Shown: piece after piece, positions 34,813-44,833 of the stretch
Position numbering within the stretch: the stretch's first letter is position 1
Layout of the letters: the number at the start of each line of letters is the position of its first letter
Assembly (NCBI GenBank): GCA_022819945.1
Contig: JAJEGI010000103.1
Location: 41,821-105,820 of the forward strand
Length of the DNA: 64,000 bases
Direction of reading: 5' to 3'
From: Candidatus Poribacteria bacterium
Lineage (GTDB): Bacteria; Poribacteria; WGA-4E; WGA-3G
Made by a program: the position numbers and the translations under genes
Notes under the pieces: generated by a model
Seen by the model: the letters and a program-made list of their open reading frames with translations, nothing else
Told to the model about the DNA's origin: nothing
The model's database searches: none

Positions 34813-37302
34813 ATGGACAGCAACCTAAAAGCCTTCCGCACAATCATTTGTCTGTTGATGCTCTTTTCGAGTCATCACTTTGCATACGCACAACAACCTA
34901 TTTCGCAACAAGCGTTTGCTATCTTTGAGCAACACTGTCTCGACTGTCACGGTGAATTCGGGTCCTATAGCGATGTGCTTACGATTAAGCATAAAGACTT
35001 AATCGAAGATCGCTCAGTCATTCCAGGGCAACCCGATGCTTCGGAACTTTATCTGCGCCTACTCGGTGATACAGACACCGGATCACAAATGCCGTTGGGA
35101 CAAGAACCTCTTGACGCTGAAACAATCGCCACAATCCGCCAATGGATTGAATCAGACGCACCAGATTGGGAGGCGATTCCCAAACCTGAACGCAGCTTCA
35201 TCACCACCGAGGCAATGCTCAAAACTATCTACACGCATGTAACATCGCTTACTGCCTTTGACCGTTCCTTCGCACGCTATTTTACACTGACGCATCTTTA
35301 CAACGCTGGTGCAAGCGATGACAACCTCCGCGCATATCGGAATGCATTGTCAAAGTTGGTTAACAGTCTCTCTTGGGGTTCTGAAGTCATCAAGCCGAAA
35401 CCCATTGACCAAGAAGAGACAATTTTCTATATTGACCTCCGGCACTACGAGTGGGACATCAAAAGCGATAAGTGGTACAAGATTGAACAGGCATATCCCT
35501 ACGGTGTGCAGTCGAAATCGTCCACGTATACGACGCTCTGTCAAGAGACGGACTGTGAACTGCCGTTTGTCCGTGCTGATTGGTTCATCGCCACTGCTTC
35601 TTTGCCACCGCTCTACCACGAAATCCTTGACCTACCGAAAACAGACCGCGAGTTAGAGACACGACTTGAGGTGGACGTTGCCGAAAACTTAAAAAATGCG
35701 CCGGGTGTTCGCGTCTGGCGTGCGGGTTTTAACGAGTCTGGTGTGTCAGTCAATAATCGTGTTGTAGAACGCCACAAGTCCCGATACGGCGCGTATTGGA
35801 AATCCTACGACTTCGCGGGGAACGTCGGCACACAGAACATCTTCACGCATCCGCTCAATTTCACACACGACGGTGGTGAAATTATCTTCAATCTTCCAAA
35901 TGGGCTACAGGCGTACTATCTGTCTACGGCTACAGGTGAGCGGCTTGATGAAGCGCCGATTAACATTGTGTCAGACGCTGGATCGCGGGACCCTGTTGTC
36001 CGTAATGGGCTATCGTGTATGGGCTGCCACACAGAAGGGATGAAAACGTTTGAGGATCAGGTGCGTTCGGTGATTGAACAGAGTCAGAACCCCTCTTATG
36101 ACAAAGCGCAGGCGTTGCGTCTCTATGCAGAAAAATCGGAGATGAATAGTCTTGTTCGTGAGGATATTGCGCGTTACCGGCAGGCAATTGAAGCCGCTGG
36201 CGGAGTCTTCGGTGGAAGCGAGCCGATACAGCAACTCGTCAAGCAGTTTGAGGGACCGATTGATGCAGCACATGCTGCCGCGGAGGTAGGTTTAAAAACC
36301 GATGATTTTCTGAAAAAGATTCGTGAGAATAGTGCCCTACAGAATGCCGGTTTGCTGGTATTAGGGGTTGAGAATGGTAGTGTAAAACGGGATGCATGGG
36401 AATCGGAATTTGGTGCAGTAACCTCTGTGCTGAACCTTGGTGAATATGCAGGGCAACCAAGCATATTTGATGGATTGGCTGATGAAGACTCCGTGCTGAA
36501 CCTTGGTGAATATGCGGATCCCTATACTAATATGGTGCTGATTCCCTCAGGCGAGTTCCAGATGGGAAGCAACAACGGTGATGACGATGAAAAACCGGTA
36601 CACACCGTTTATATTGATGCTTTTTATATTGACAAATATGAGGTCACGAATGCCCAATATAAGGCGTTTGTTGATGCCAATCCAGAGTGGAGAAAAGATC
36701 GTATCCCCGATAAGTACCATGTACTAAATTATCTGCTACATTGGAATGGAAACAATTATCCAAGTGGGAGAGGTAATTATCCGGTTACTTATGTGAGTTG
36801 GTATGCGGCGATGGCTTACGCTAAATGGGCCGGCAAGAGGCTGCCAACGGAGGCAGAATGGGAGAAGGCGGCGCGTGGTGGTTTGTCTGGTCAGAGTTAT
36901 CCTTGGGGGAACTCAATAGATCGTAGCAAAGCAAATTATGCCGCCCCAAAGTTGGGGAATTCGCCATTTGATGGAATTGCTGCTCCGGTTGATTCCGTTG
37001 GCAATTATCCTCCTAATGGTTACGGTTTGTACGATTTGGTAGGTAATGTGCAAGAATGGTGTCTTGACGAGTATGATCCAGATTTTTACGGAAATTCTCC
37101 ACGTCGAAATCCAATTGCTGGCGCAAATAACATAGTAGAGGCTATCAATAATTTTACAAACTTTGAATCTTACCGTGTATTACGTGGTGGCTCTGCGGAA
37201 ACTCCAGCGTGGAACGTGCGAGTCTCTAATCGCTATGGCTTTAAGCCCTCTTTTGTAAATGACAAGCGCGGTTTTCGTTGTGCTAAGTCTGTAACACGTT
37301 AA
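34813..37302 (+). CDS. secreted protein with N-terminal CxxCH (PSCyt1-like) motif and C-terminal formylglycine-generating-enzyme (FGE/SUMF1) domain
   Basis: Signal peptide. FEQHCLDCHG and a second CMGCH. C-terminus MVLIPSGEFQMGS...KPVHTVYIDAFYIDKYEVTN..YPVTYVSWYAAMAYAKWAGKRLPTEAEWEKAARGG...GNVQEW..RVLRGGS. Confidence 0.85.
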   Translation: MDSNLKAFRTIICLLMLFSSHHFAYAQQPISQQAFAIFEQHCLDCHGEFGSYSDVLTIKHKDLIEDRSVIPGQPDASELYLRLLGDTDTGSQMPLGQEPLDAETIATIRQWIESDAPDWEAIPKPERSFITTEAMLKTIYTHVTSLTAFDRSFARYFTLTHLYNAGASDDNLRAYRNALSKLVNSLSWGSEVIKPKPIDQEETIFYIDLRHYEWDIKSDKWYKIEQAYPYGVQSKSSTYTTLCQETDCELPFVRADWFIATASLPPLYHEILDLPKTDRELETRLEVDVAENLKNAPGVRVWRAGFNESGVSVNNRVVERHKSRYGAYWKSYDFAGNVGTQNIFTHPLNFTHDGGEIIFNLPNGLQAYYLSTATGERLDEAPINIVSDAGSRDPVVRNGLSCMGCHTEGMKTFEDQVRSVIEQSQNPSYDKAQALRLYAEKSEMNSLVREDIARYRQAIEAAGGVFGGSEPIQQLVKQFEGPIDAAHAAAEVGLKTDDFLKKIRENSALQNAGLLVLGVENGSVKRDAWESEFGAVTSVLNLGEYAGQPSIFDGLADEDSVLNLGEYADPYTNMVLIPSGEFQMGSNNGDDDEKPVHTVYIDAFYIDKYEVTNAQYKAFVDANPEWRKDRIPDKYHVLNYLLHWNGNNYPSGRGNYPVTYVSWYAAMAYAKWAGKRLPTEAEWEKAARGGLSGQSYPWGNSIDRSKANYAAPKLGNSPFDGIAAPVDSVGNYPPNGYGLYDLVGNVQEWCLDEYDPDFYGNSPRRNPIAGANNIVEAINNFTNFESYRVLRGGSAETPAWNVRVSNRYGFKPSFVNDKRGFRCAKSVTR

Positions 37303-37435
37303 ATCCTTACCTTCTCTACTTTTTTTGCGGAGAACTGAATAACTCTGGTTGCTATATGATATTCGGTTGACATCCTTGCAGGGAAGATGCTATCATTTCC
37401 ACACTAACGGGCAATCCGTATTTTGGAGAAAAGCA

Positions 37436-37621
37436 ATGATCACAGTGCCAAATCCGCAGGATCACATTTTCTATAACAATCGTGGTATTGATTATGGCGA
37501 AAAGGGTGAGCATGATCTTGCCATCAAAGATTTTACCAAAGCGATTGAAATTAAACCAGACTATACCTTCGCCTATAACAATCGGGGTGCTGTCTATCGT
37601 GATAAAGGTGAGTACGACTAA
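37436..37621 (+). pseudogene. TPR-repeat gene fragment ending at an in-repeat stop
   Basis: FYNNRGIDYGEKGEHDLAIKDFTKAIEIKPDYTFAYNNRGAVYRDKGEYD, then TAA. The frame resumes as AIEDCSKAITA, then TGA. Confidence 0.5.
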
Positions 37622-38096
37622 GCCATTGAAGATTGTAGCAAAGCAATCACCGCCTGATGCCTCGGTTCGTGACTTAGCATTTCTCGCCGATTGCCCCGAT
37701 GGAGCAATTAAACGGGTACTCAAAGAAATTGAACAGGAAAGTAAGGAAACCGGGATTTTTTATTCAACTATAGGGAGAAAAAAGATAGAGTGTCTGGCTC
37801 TAGCAACCCAACATAGACATACCATAGCGGCAGAGGTCACGGTTGGCTGTCCCTAGTTTCCCCGGAGGAAAACACCGTCCATACGGCACGTATTCGGGCA
37901 AAGCACTTATTTCGGGTAAAGCACTCATTTGACAGATATTATAACAAAAAAAAAACACATTGTCAAGTTTTTTGTGTAATTTTCCATCTTTCCAACCCAA
38001 ACTTCTAACGAAATACGGATACACACGAAAAAACATAATCCTTTGCAATTAACCACCCTATAGAGTATAATTCAATTCAATAAGGAGGGTTTACTT

Positions 38097-38666
38097 ATGG
38101 ATGTTAAAGACGCAATTCTTTCACGACGCACCATTTTTAAGTTCAAACAGGAACCAATACCAAACGATGTCATCGAACAGGTTTTCAGCTACGGGATATG
38201 GGCACCCAATCACCATATCACCGAACCGTGGCGTTTCACTGTGATCGGCAAGGAGACAAAGTTGATCCTTGCAGACCGATACCGCGAAATTAAGATGGAG
38301 GATACACCCGACCACGTTGATGCCGAAAATCTCGCCAAAATCGGTGAACTGGCTTACGAGAAATTCATGTCCAAGCCGACGATTATCGCTGTGTCATGTA
38401 TACAAGAAGGCGACGAACAACGCCAACGCGAAGATTACGCCGCCGCTTGTTGTGCAATGCAAAACGTCCAACTCGCCGCATGGGATGCTGGAGTCGGGAT
38501 GCAATGGAGCACCGGTAGAATCACGATGGAAGAACAGACGTATCAACTGTTAGGCATCGATGCGTCACAAGAATACATCATCGGTTTCTTCTACGCGGGA
38601 TACCCCGAAGAAATCAAAGAACCGAAACGGCAACCTGCTGGTGAGTTTATTCGCTGGGTAGCGTAA
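38097..38666 (+). CDS. nitroreductase family protein
   Basis: ILSRRTIFKFK..P.P...I......WAPNHHITEPWRF. RBS AAGGAGGG and a TATAAT box upstream. Confidence 0.85.
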   Translation: MDVKDAILSRRTIFKFKQEPIPNDVIEQVFSYGIWAPNHHITEPWRFTVIGKETKLILADRYREIKMEDTPDHVDAENLAKIGELAYEKFMSKPTIIAVSCIQEGDEQRQREDYAAACCAMQNVQLAAWDAGVGMQWSTGRITMEEQTYQLLGIDASQEYIIGFFYAGYPEEIKEPKRQPAGEFIRWVA

Positions 38667-38812
38667 AAGCCGTCAGTCTTCGGTTTCTGTTTGGAAAGTT
38701 AGGAAGTAAAAAGTGTGCTAAAGTTGGGAAGTTGTCATCTTTACGAACTTTAGGACACTTTACAGACTTTTAAAGGTTTCCGATAGCCATTCCTGCCGAT
38801 AGTTGATAGTCA

Positions 38813-39649
38813 TTACAGAGATAGTTTGTACGCTGCTTTGGCGTTTTGCCAGAAGAACTTTGCCTTGACCGCATCACCTTTCGCGCTGAAGTAGTCGTTC
38901 ACAATCTGTTGGACGACCTTATACGGCGCGAAACGTTCCGAGACGGGCCAGTTGCTCCCGTAGATAAGCCTATCTTCGCCAAACGCATCCCACAAAACAT
39001 CTACCGTGGGGGTGTAGTAGGCAACATCTGTCGGGGCAGGCGTTTGTCCGGTGTGTTCTACCAATCCCGATACTTTGCAATAGATGTTCGGATAGCGTGC
39101 CACTTCTTGGATAGCGGAAACCCAATCCGGATCGGGCGGATCTTCTGATATGCGTACCCCGGCGATGTGATTGATAACAATCCGCATCTCTGGCGTATGT
39201 TCAATCAGTGCTGGCAATGTTGATAGTGTGTCAGGATTAATCAATAAATCCAAGGTGAGTGCTTTCGCTGCTAATTTCTCAATATTCGCCATGAAAGTCG
39301 TGTCACCGATCGATCGTAGGTGTCCGCCACCGAGACGTATCCCGCGGAAAAGTGGATTCGCAGAAAACCGGTTCAGATTATTTTCAAAATCGGGATCGTC
39401 GGGTTCTAAGTGTCCGACGAACCCAACAATAAAAGGTTCGTCTGCGGCAAGATCGAGGATCCACTGGTTATCCTCAAGCCACTTGCTCGCTTCAACGACA
39501 ACGGTACCGGTCGCACCTTCGGGGACAGCCAGGGCTTTGAAATCGTCTGGCATCACCCGTCGATAAAGAACTTCATCGTCAGGATTAGGCCACGGCACAC
39601 CTTCAGGTCGTGTTGGATCGTAGAAATGCGTATGTGTATCAATAATCAT
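38813..39649 (-). CDS. amidohydrolase-2 family metal-dependent hydrolase (lactonase-like)
   Basis: MIIDTHTHFYDP N-terminus, NHIAG and GSNWPV motifs. Confidence 0.8.
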   Translation of the reverse strand: MIIDTHTHFYDPTRPEGVPWPNPDDEVLYRRVMPDDFKALAVPEGATGTVVVEASKWLEDNQWILDLAADEPFIVGFVGHLEPDDPDFENNLNRFSANPLFRGIRLGGGHLRSIGDTTFMANIEKLAAKALTLDLLINPDTLSTLPALIEHTPEMRIVINHIAGVRISEDPPDPDWVSAIQEVARYPNIYCKVSGLVEHTGQTPAPTDVAYYTPTVDVLWDAFGEDRLIYGSNWPVSERFAPYKVVQQIVNDYFSAKGDAVKAKFFWQNAKAAYKLSL

Positions 39650-39700
39650 AGATATTCCTCAGAAATTTTGCAAGTATGTGAAAGTTTGGAAGTTTGCAAA

Positions 39701-40570
39701 TTGCCCATCCTTCCAACCAAGTCTCTTCCATCCTTCCGTCCTTCCAATTTTTTCTTTTCTCGCTTTTGGGACTTTTTACCTCTGATAGTACTTTTAGGGG
39801 TCGGGTTGTTTGGATGTACGTCTCCGGATCCAGAGCAGCAACAGAGGCGTGAGCTGCAACGTGATGCCTTAAAACTCAGAATGGGGCAGGCACTCAACCC
39901 GACGGATGCGGAGGGACATCTTCAACTCGGCAAAATCTATCGCGAATTGGGTGAGTCTGAGAAAGCGATAGAATCCTTTCAAAACGCCATCGCACTTGAT
40001 GATGAACACGAACACGCCTATAACAATCTCGGTCTGGTTTATACCGACCTCCGCTTATATGTACTTGCGATTGAGATGTTCCAAGCTGCACTTGAGTTGT
40101 CCCCCGAAAACCCCGCCTTCTATAACAACCTCGGCTATGCCTACAATATGACAGAACAATTTGATGAAGCATTCGCCGCCTACCGCAGCGCAATTGAATC
40201 CGATCCAACCTTTGTTGATGCCTATTACAATCTCGCCGATGCTTACCTCAACAGCGATATGTATCAGGAAGCGATTCAGTATTATGAGTCAGCACTCGAA
40301 ATCGAAGAGGGCGACGCGGATGTCTATTTTAATGTCGGTCTCGCTTACGAGGAGAACGGACAGTTCCTCCGCGCAATCCAATCCTATGAAAAAGGATTAT
40401 CGCTTGATGATAGCGATGTAGAAGCTTACTATCGTCTCGCGCAGGTGTATGAAAAAAATGGCGATTCACTTATGATGCGTCGCTATCTGGAGACGTTTTT
40501 GGAGCGGGCGCGAGGGATTCCGTATCTTGAGGAAGAGATCCGCGAGGCGGAGCAGCTGTTTGATCGATAG
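39701..40570 (+). CDS. TPR-repeat lipoprotein (start uncertain)
   Basis: Lipobox LLGVGLFGC. At least six TPR units (AYNNLGLVY, FYNNLGYAY, AYYNLADAY, VYFNVGLAY, AYYRLAQVY). The ORF-track 5' extension 39410-39700 is antisense to the amidohydrolase gene. Only TTG in-frame starts are available. Confidence 0.65.
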   Translation: MPILPTKSLPSFRPSNFFFSRFWDFLPLIVLLGVGLFGCTSPDPEQQQRRELQRDALKLRMGQALNPTDAEGHLQLGKIYRELGESEKAIESFQNAIALDDEHEHAYNNLGLVYTDLRLYVLAIEMFQAALELSPENPAFYNNLGYAYNMTEQFDEAFAAYRSAIESDPTFVDAYYNLADAYLNSDMYQEAIQYYESALEIEEGDADVYFNVGLAYEENGQFLRAIQSYEKGLSLDDSDVEAYYRLAQVYEKNGDSLMMRRYLETFLERARGIPYLEEEIREAEQLFDR

Positions 40571-41879
40571 CGTTTTTTCGCAAGATCAGCAGAAATTCTG
40601 ACTTCATCCCGTCCGGGTTCTTATTCTTCCGCGCACCGAATAACTTCCGCGTTTTAATCCGATCCTCATAGACCTTCTCAAACGTCCATCCACGTTCCGT
40701 AAAATACTCCACCAATATTCGCCATATCTCGACCGTTATACCGTCAATCCGTGGATTGCCGACAAAGATACAGGCTGCTGCGTTCGGTTTCAGTTGGTTC
40801 ATCGAATTTTCAAGCGCGTTGACCGTATGGCAGAAATAGGAATCGAGCCGTTTTCGGAGATCGTCCCGTGTGAGCGTCTCTCGAACTTTATTCAACGTTC
40901 TCGTCTGAATCACCCGATCCGCCTTCCGATACGGGATTTCAAGCCGTGATAGTGCTTGCACCTCCGCCTCGGTGTGTCCCAACCAGAACAGGTCCATCTT
41001 CGTAGAACGGATATATTCCTGTGCCTGAAGATACGGAGGCGATGTGATGAGCGTGTCACAAACTCGCGGCACAGCCACATCCGACGAATCAACGCCTCCA
41101 TGGAATTCAATCTGCCCCAGATCTTCAGCGTGATGCTGCCGTGTATATACCACAAAGTCGTTCAGGTCTCTTAATGTTTTCAAGGAGAGATTCTGAACCA
41201 TCTCATCTAACTGTTCTCTCCAATTTTCCTTAAGCAGTGCCTCTATAGCGTTCAACTTCCGTTTGGATCTGGCAAGTTTGGGGGTCCTATCTTCCGTATA
41301 GGAAAAGCGTTTGCTCGCCTTCAACAACGCTGCTTTAATAATAGCGGCATAGATCCCGCCATCTGTCCTGTTGATGAAACCCCAGTATTGCGATAAGACT
41401 TCCAAAATTTCAGGCGCGTACCAGTAGTCAACATTCGACCAAGCAGGTGTGAACTGCTCGTTGCTTTCTTGCATATCTGCTAAAAGTTTGGACAAACTTG
41501 CTTCGGACAATATCTCTTTACCGCGATAAACCTTGAGGGGCATAATGTGATTCAAAAGAAGATTCAGGTCGAGTAAAACAGCGTTACGTTTGCACAGATA
41601 CGCCTCAACACCCACTGTTCCTGAACCTGCGAACGGATCGACAATCCAATCCCCTTCTTTTGTGTAGGTGTTAATCGCATAACGGACAATCTGCGGAATG
41701 AATTTCGCGGGATAGGCATAAATAGCGTGCGTCAGGTAACCGGTATCACTGATTTCGGGGACTAACTCTCGGAACGAAACTAATTCTATTCCTTCAAATA
41801 TGGAATCTTCTTTGAAGTCCTTGAGTTCGGTATCTGTAGGGAAAAGCGTGAATTGTTCTGTGGGATTATTTTTTTTCAT
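40470..41879 (-). CDS. DNA methyltransferase (N4-C/N6-A class; motif I then a long variable region then SPPY)
   Basis: DPFAGSGTVGVEA (AdoMet motif I) and TLITSPPYLQAQEY (motif IV). Confidence 0.8.
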   Translation of the reverse strand: MKKNNPTEQFTLFPTDTELKDFKEDSIFEGIELVSFRELVPEISDTGYLTHAIYAYPAKFIPQIVRYAINTYTKEGDWIVDPFAGSGTVGVEAYLCKRNAVLLDLNLLLNHIMPLKVYRGKEILSEASLSKLLADMQESNEQFTPAWSNVDYWYAPEILEVLSQYWGFINRTDGGIYAAIIKAALLKASKRFSYTEDRTPKLARSKRKLNAIEALLKENWREQLDEMVQNLSLKTLRDLNDFVVYTRQHHAEDLGQIEFHGGVDSSDVAVPRVCDTLITSPPYLQAQEYIRSTKMDLFWLGHTEAEVQALSRLEIPYRKADRVIQTRTLNKVRETLTRDDLRKRLDSYFCHTVNALENSMNQLKPNAAACIFVGNPRIDGITVEIWRILVEYFTERGWTFEKVYEDRIKTRKLFGARKNKNPDGMKSEFLLILRKNAIDQTAAPPRGSLPQDTESLAPAPKTSPDSDAS

Positions 41880-42996
41880 GATATGCTTTCAAAAACAACA
41901 AATCTCTGATGTATTGCGCCTTGTCTGCTAGTGATTTTACAGGAATGCTATCTTCTGTCCAAAGTGGAATTATCTTTTGAACGATGTTGTCAATTGAATC
42001 TGTTAAAGTCTGATAAGATGTATAATTGAAATCCATTCCTATTTTATTATATTTTTCCTCTAATAACTTGATATTCGATTTACCAGACAATGACGCAACT
42101 TCTAATTCCAAACTTGCTATAGTGTAAGCAATCCACAAATCATCCCAGTCACTTACCAAGTCAACAATAGTAGATATGGCATCTAAAACTTTCTCGTTTT
42201 CATCGCCTATCCATTCAAAGAGAGAACTTGCTATTTCGTCGGTACCGTATACCATTTTTAAATAAATGTTTTTTTGCAACCTTACTTCGTTTCTAACAAT
42301 CTCATGAAAATCTTTTTCTTCTACCTCAATGTATTCCTTCAAAGATGAAAACATTTTTCTCACTGTTGAAATTTTTTGTTGTGAGTCACGAGGATCCCAA
42401 ATGCAAACGAGATAAAGTATATTACTGTGAGGGGTTTTGTTAAGCCTTAAGAGTTCTCGCAGCATATCAGCAAGCGATCCTTTAGCAGTTGTACCTCCGG
42501 TGTCATCTCTTGAACGAAGTTGAACAATAAGAGTTTTTTTCTTCGTTAAATCCGATGCCATCACATCAATATCAAGGTTTGGAGATTCATCTGTCTCGAA
42601 AATATCGTTCAAAAGCGAAAGTTTATCGTTTTTCTTTTTTGGGACGTTATCACATTTTCCGTACTGCTCCAGAATATCCTGCATCATCTGTTCAAGCACT
42701 TTACCTTGTCTAGCTCGAAATGAACTATGAAAGAATTGATGGAATGCAAACATAAATGGGTAGTAAGATGCGAGTGGATAGGTATCAGAAAGTCTTTCGG
42801 CTCGCTGTATTCCAGCTGCAAAAAGTTTTATCTCATCCAAATTATCCTTCAATTCCGACAGCCTTTCTTCAAAGAGGGATGTTATTATCCATGAGGCGAG
42901 GCAGAGAGGGCTTTTAAGAATCTCTTTCACCTTACCGGTTTCTTCGCTTGGGTTCATCAAATATAGAAATCTTCTCTCAGGGTATGTACTTTTCAT
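41866..42996 (-). CDS. putative type II restriction endonuclease partner (unrecognised family)
   Basis: 14-nt overlap with the methyltransferase start. Clearly more AT-rich than its neighbours by eye. DIDVM...LIVQLRS could be a PD-(D/E)xK-like core. Confidence 0.4.
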   Translation of the reverse strand: MKSTYPERRFLYLMNPSEETGKVKEILKSPLCLASWIITSLFEERLSELKDNLDEIKLFAAGIQRAERLSDTYPLASYYPFMFAFHQFFHSSFRARQGKVLEQMMQDILEQYGKCDNVPKKKNDKLSLLNDIFETDESPNLDIDVMASDLTKKKTLIVQLRSRDDTGGTTAKGSLADMLRELLRLNKTPHSNILYLVCIWDPRDSQQKISTVRKMFSSLKEYIEVEEKDFHEIVRNEVRLQKNIYLKMVYGTDEIASSLFEWIGDENEKVLDAISTIVDLVSDWDDLWIAYTIASLELEVASLSGKSNIKLLEEKYNKIGMDFNYTSYQTLTDSIDNIVQKIIPLWTEDSIPVKSLADKAQYIRDLLFLKAYHEKK

Positions 42997-43121
42997 GAGG
43001 TGAATTCTCTGTTATGAACGGTCCGTGTTTAGTAGGTTAACGAGAAGTATAAGAGAAAGTTTCCATGGACATATCGTCCTTATGGAGGTGATCAGATAAT
43101 ACTAAGCCGTTATGAGACACG

Positions 43122-44345
43122 CTACTGCGATTCTTCTTCCACTGCTTTCGCGCCTTCGATTTCTTCGTCAGTTAGTTGGAAGTCAAACACCGCTTCGCCT
43201 TCTTCAACCGTTTCTGTTTGGATTTGCTCTGTCGGTTGTGAGGTCTCCTGTACGGCAGCATCTGTCGTTTCAAGTTTCTTTGAAGTGCCACCGAGGATCG
43301 TCAACACCACAATCCCAACAACGCAGACGCTTGTAACTGTGAGAGCAATGGGGCGTTTCCAGAGAACAGCGCGCTCGCTTCTGTCTAAGAACGGCAGAAA
43401 GAGTAGCAACAACATGCCGACCGTCGGAATCACAAACGTCCCGATGATTTCAAAGGGACCTTGGAAATATTTCAGGAGTTGGAACAGAAACAGGAAATAC
43501 CATTCAGGGCGCGGATCGTAGTCCGCATTCGTCGGATCGGCGACATCTTCAAGCGGAACAGGGACGAACAGCGCAACGGCAGCGAGGACTACAAAGAGGA
43601 TCAGCATGCCGACAACGTCTTCAAATACCTGATGCGGATAAAACGGTTTTCCGGTTTTCATCTCCTCTGGTGTGTTTTTCGGGGTGCCTGAAGAACCGTA
43701 ATATCTGACGAAAAAGAGATGCACACCGACCAATCCGAAGGCTAACCACGGCAGCCAAATCGTATGAAGCGCGTAAAACCGCGACAGCGTCACCGCACCG
43801 ATTTCCGAACCCCCACGCATCACTTTCGCCACAAAATCGCCTAATCCGGGTGCAGTACTGGCGATTTCCACACCGACGACCGTTGCCCAATACGCCTTTT
43901 CGTCCCACGGCAACAGATAACCTGTGAACCCGAAACCGAGGACAATTAAGAGGAGTAGCACGCCGAAAATCCAAGTCAGTTCACGCGGGGCTTTGTATGA
44001 ACTATAAAGCACAACACGGAGCAGATGCAAAACAACGATGATGACCATCGCGCTCGCACCCCAGTGGTGCAAACCACGCACAAACGCGCCGAACGGGACC
44101 TCTTCACTGATATAGGTTACGGCGTTATGCGCGTGTTCCGGTGAAGGCGAGTAATAGAACGCAAGAAATGCGCCTGTCGCTGCTTGCAATAGGAGCAGAA
44201 ACATCGCCAAACTGCCGAGTGAGAAAAGCAGGTTGATGTGTTTCGGCAGCGGTTTGCGTAGATGTGTGTCCACCGACGCTAACGGTAAACGTTCACGCAA
44301 AAACGCCTTCCATCCTTCCAACCTTCCATCCTTCCGAGCTCCCAT
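43122..44345 (-). CDS. cytochrome b (b6 plus subunit IV-like fusion) of a Rieske/cyt b complex
   Basis: LGSLAMFLLLLQAATGAFLAFYY..., RGLHHWGASAMV, YALHTIWLPW and PEWYFLFLFQLLKYF motifs. Acidic C-terminal tail. Confidence 0.9.
   Translation of the reverse strand: MGARKDGRLEGWKAFLRERLPLASVDTHLRKPLPKHINLLFSLGSLAMFLLLLQAATGAFLAFYYSPSPEHAHNAVTYISEEVPFGAFVRGLHHWGASAMVIIVVLHLLRVVLYSSYKAPRELTWIFGVLLLLIVLGFGFTGYLLPWDEKAYWATVVGVEIASTAPGLGDFVAKVMRGGSEIGAVTLSRFYALHTIWLPWLAFGLVGVHLFFVRYYGSSGTPKNTPEEMKTGKPFYPHQVFEDVVGMLILFVVLAAVALFVPVPLEDVADPTNADYDPRPEWYFLFLFQLLKYFQGPFEIIGTFVIPTVGMLLLLFLPFLDRSERAVLWKRPIALTVTSVCVVGIVVLTILGGTSKKLETTDAAVQETSQPTEQIQTETVEEGEAVFDFQLTDEEIEGAKAVEEESQ
44306..44339. repeat. CCTTCC dispersed repeat copy (inside the first codons of cyt b as called)
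   Basis: ccttccatccttccaaccttccatccttccgagc, translated on the minus strand as ARKDGRLEGWKA. Confidence 0.55.
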
Positions 44346-44349
44346 TCTT

Positions 44350-44817
44350 TTAGGTCTCCTTCACGTATAAGATGCCCGCTTCGACTTTGGTTTCGAGTTT
44401 CTGCAACGGTTCCGGTGGTGGACCAGCAACAACAGCACCCGTCTTATCGAATATCGCACCGTGGCAGGGGCAGAGAAACGATTCTTTACTTTCATCCCAC
44501 CGGACGAGGCAACCAAGATGTGAACAGATCCGCGAAAAGACACGCCACTCGCCGTTGCCGGCATCGGTCACATAGACAGAGCGTTTTTTCGTTGCTTTGA
44601 CCCAGCCGTCTTTCGCCGTGAAGGTATAGTCTACTTTTTTGAACCGACTGTTTTTAAGCCGGTCAGCGAGTCCTAAGTCAACCCATTTCGATTCGCCTTT
44701 TTTAAAGGCAGGTGAAATCGCGAAGCCGATGAGTGGAATACCGGCAGCAAGCCCGAGTATTCCACCGATAAACGCAGTCACGATTTCTAAGAATGAACGT
44801 CTACCCTTTTTTTTCAT
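44350..44817 (-). CDS. Rieske [2Fe-2S] protein with Tat signal
   Basis: MKKKGRRSFLEIV twin-arginine motif. CSHLGC and CPCHG cluster boxes. Start moved to the internal ATG to avoid overlap with 44834..45907. Confidence 0.9.
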   Translation of the reverse strand: MKKKGRRSFLEIVTAFIGGILGLAAGIPLIGFAISPAFKKGESKWVDLGLADRLKNSRFKKVDYTFTAKDGWVKATKKRSVYVTDAGNGEWRVFSRICSHLGCLVRWDESKESFLCPCHGAIFDKTGAVVAGPPPEPLQKLETKVEAGILYVKET

Positions 44818-44833
44818 CCATCCTCTCCATGAA

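Noticed and set aside
39410-39700. 5' extension of the TPR ORF (ATG at 39410), which would give a 386-aa protein.
   Set aside because: The extension is antisense to the amidohydrolase gene 38813..39649 and has no TPR or signal features. The lipobox-containing signal peptide begins only after 39700.
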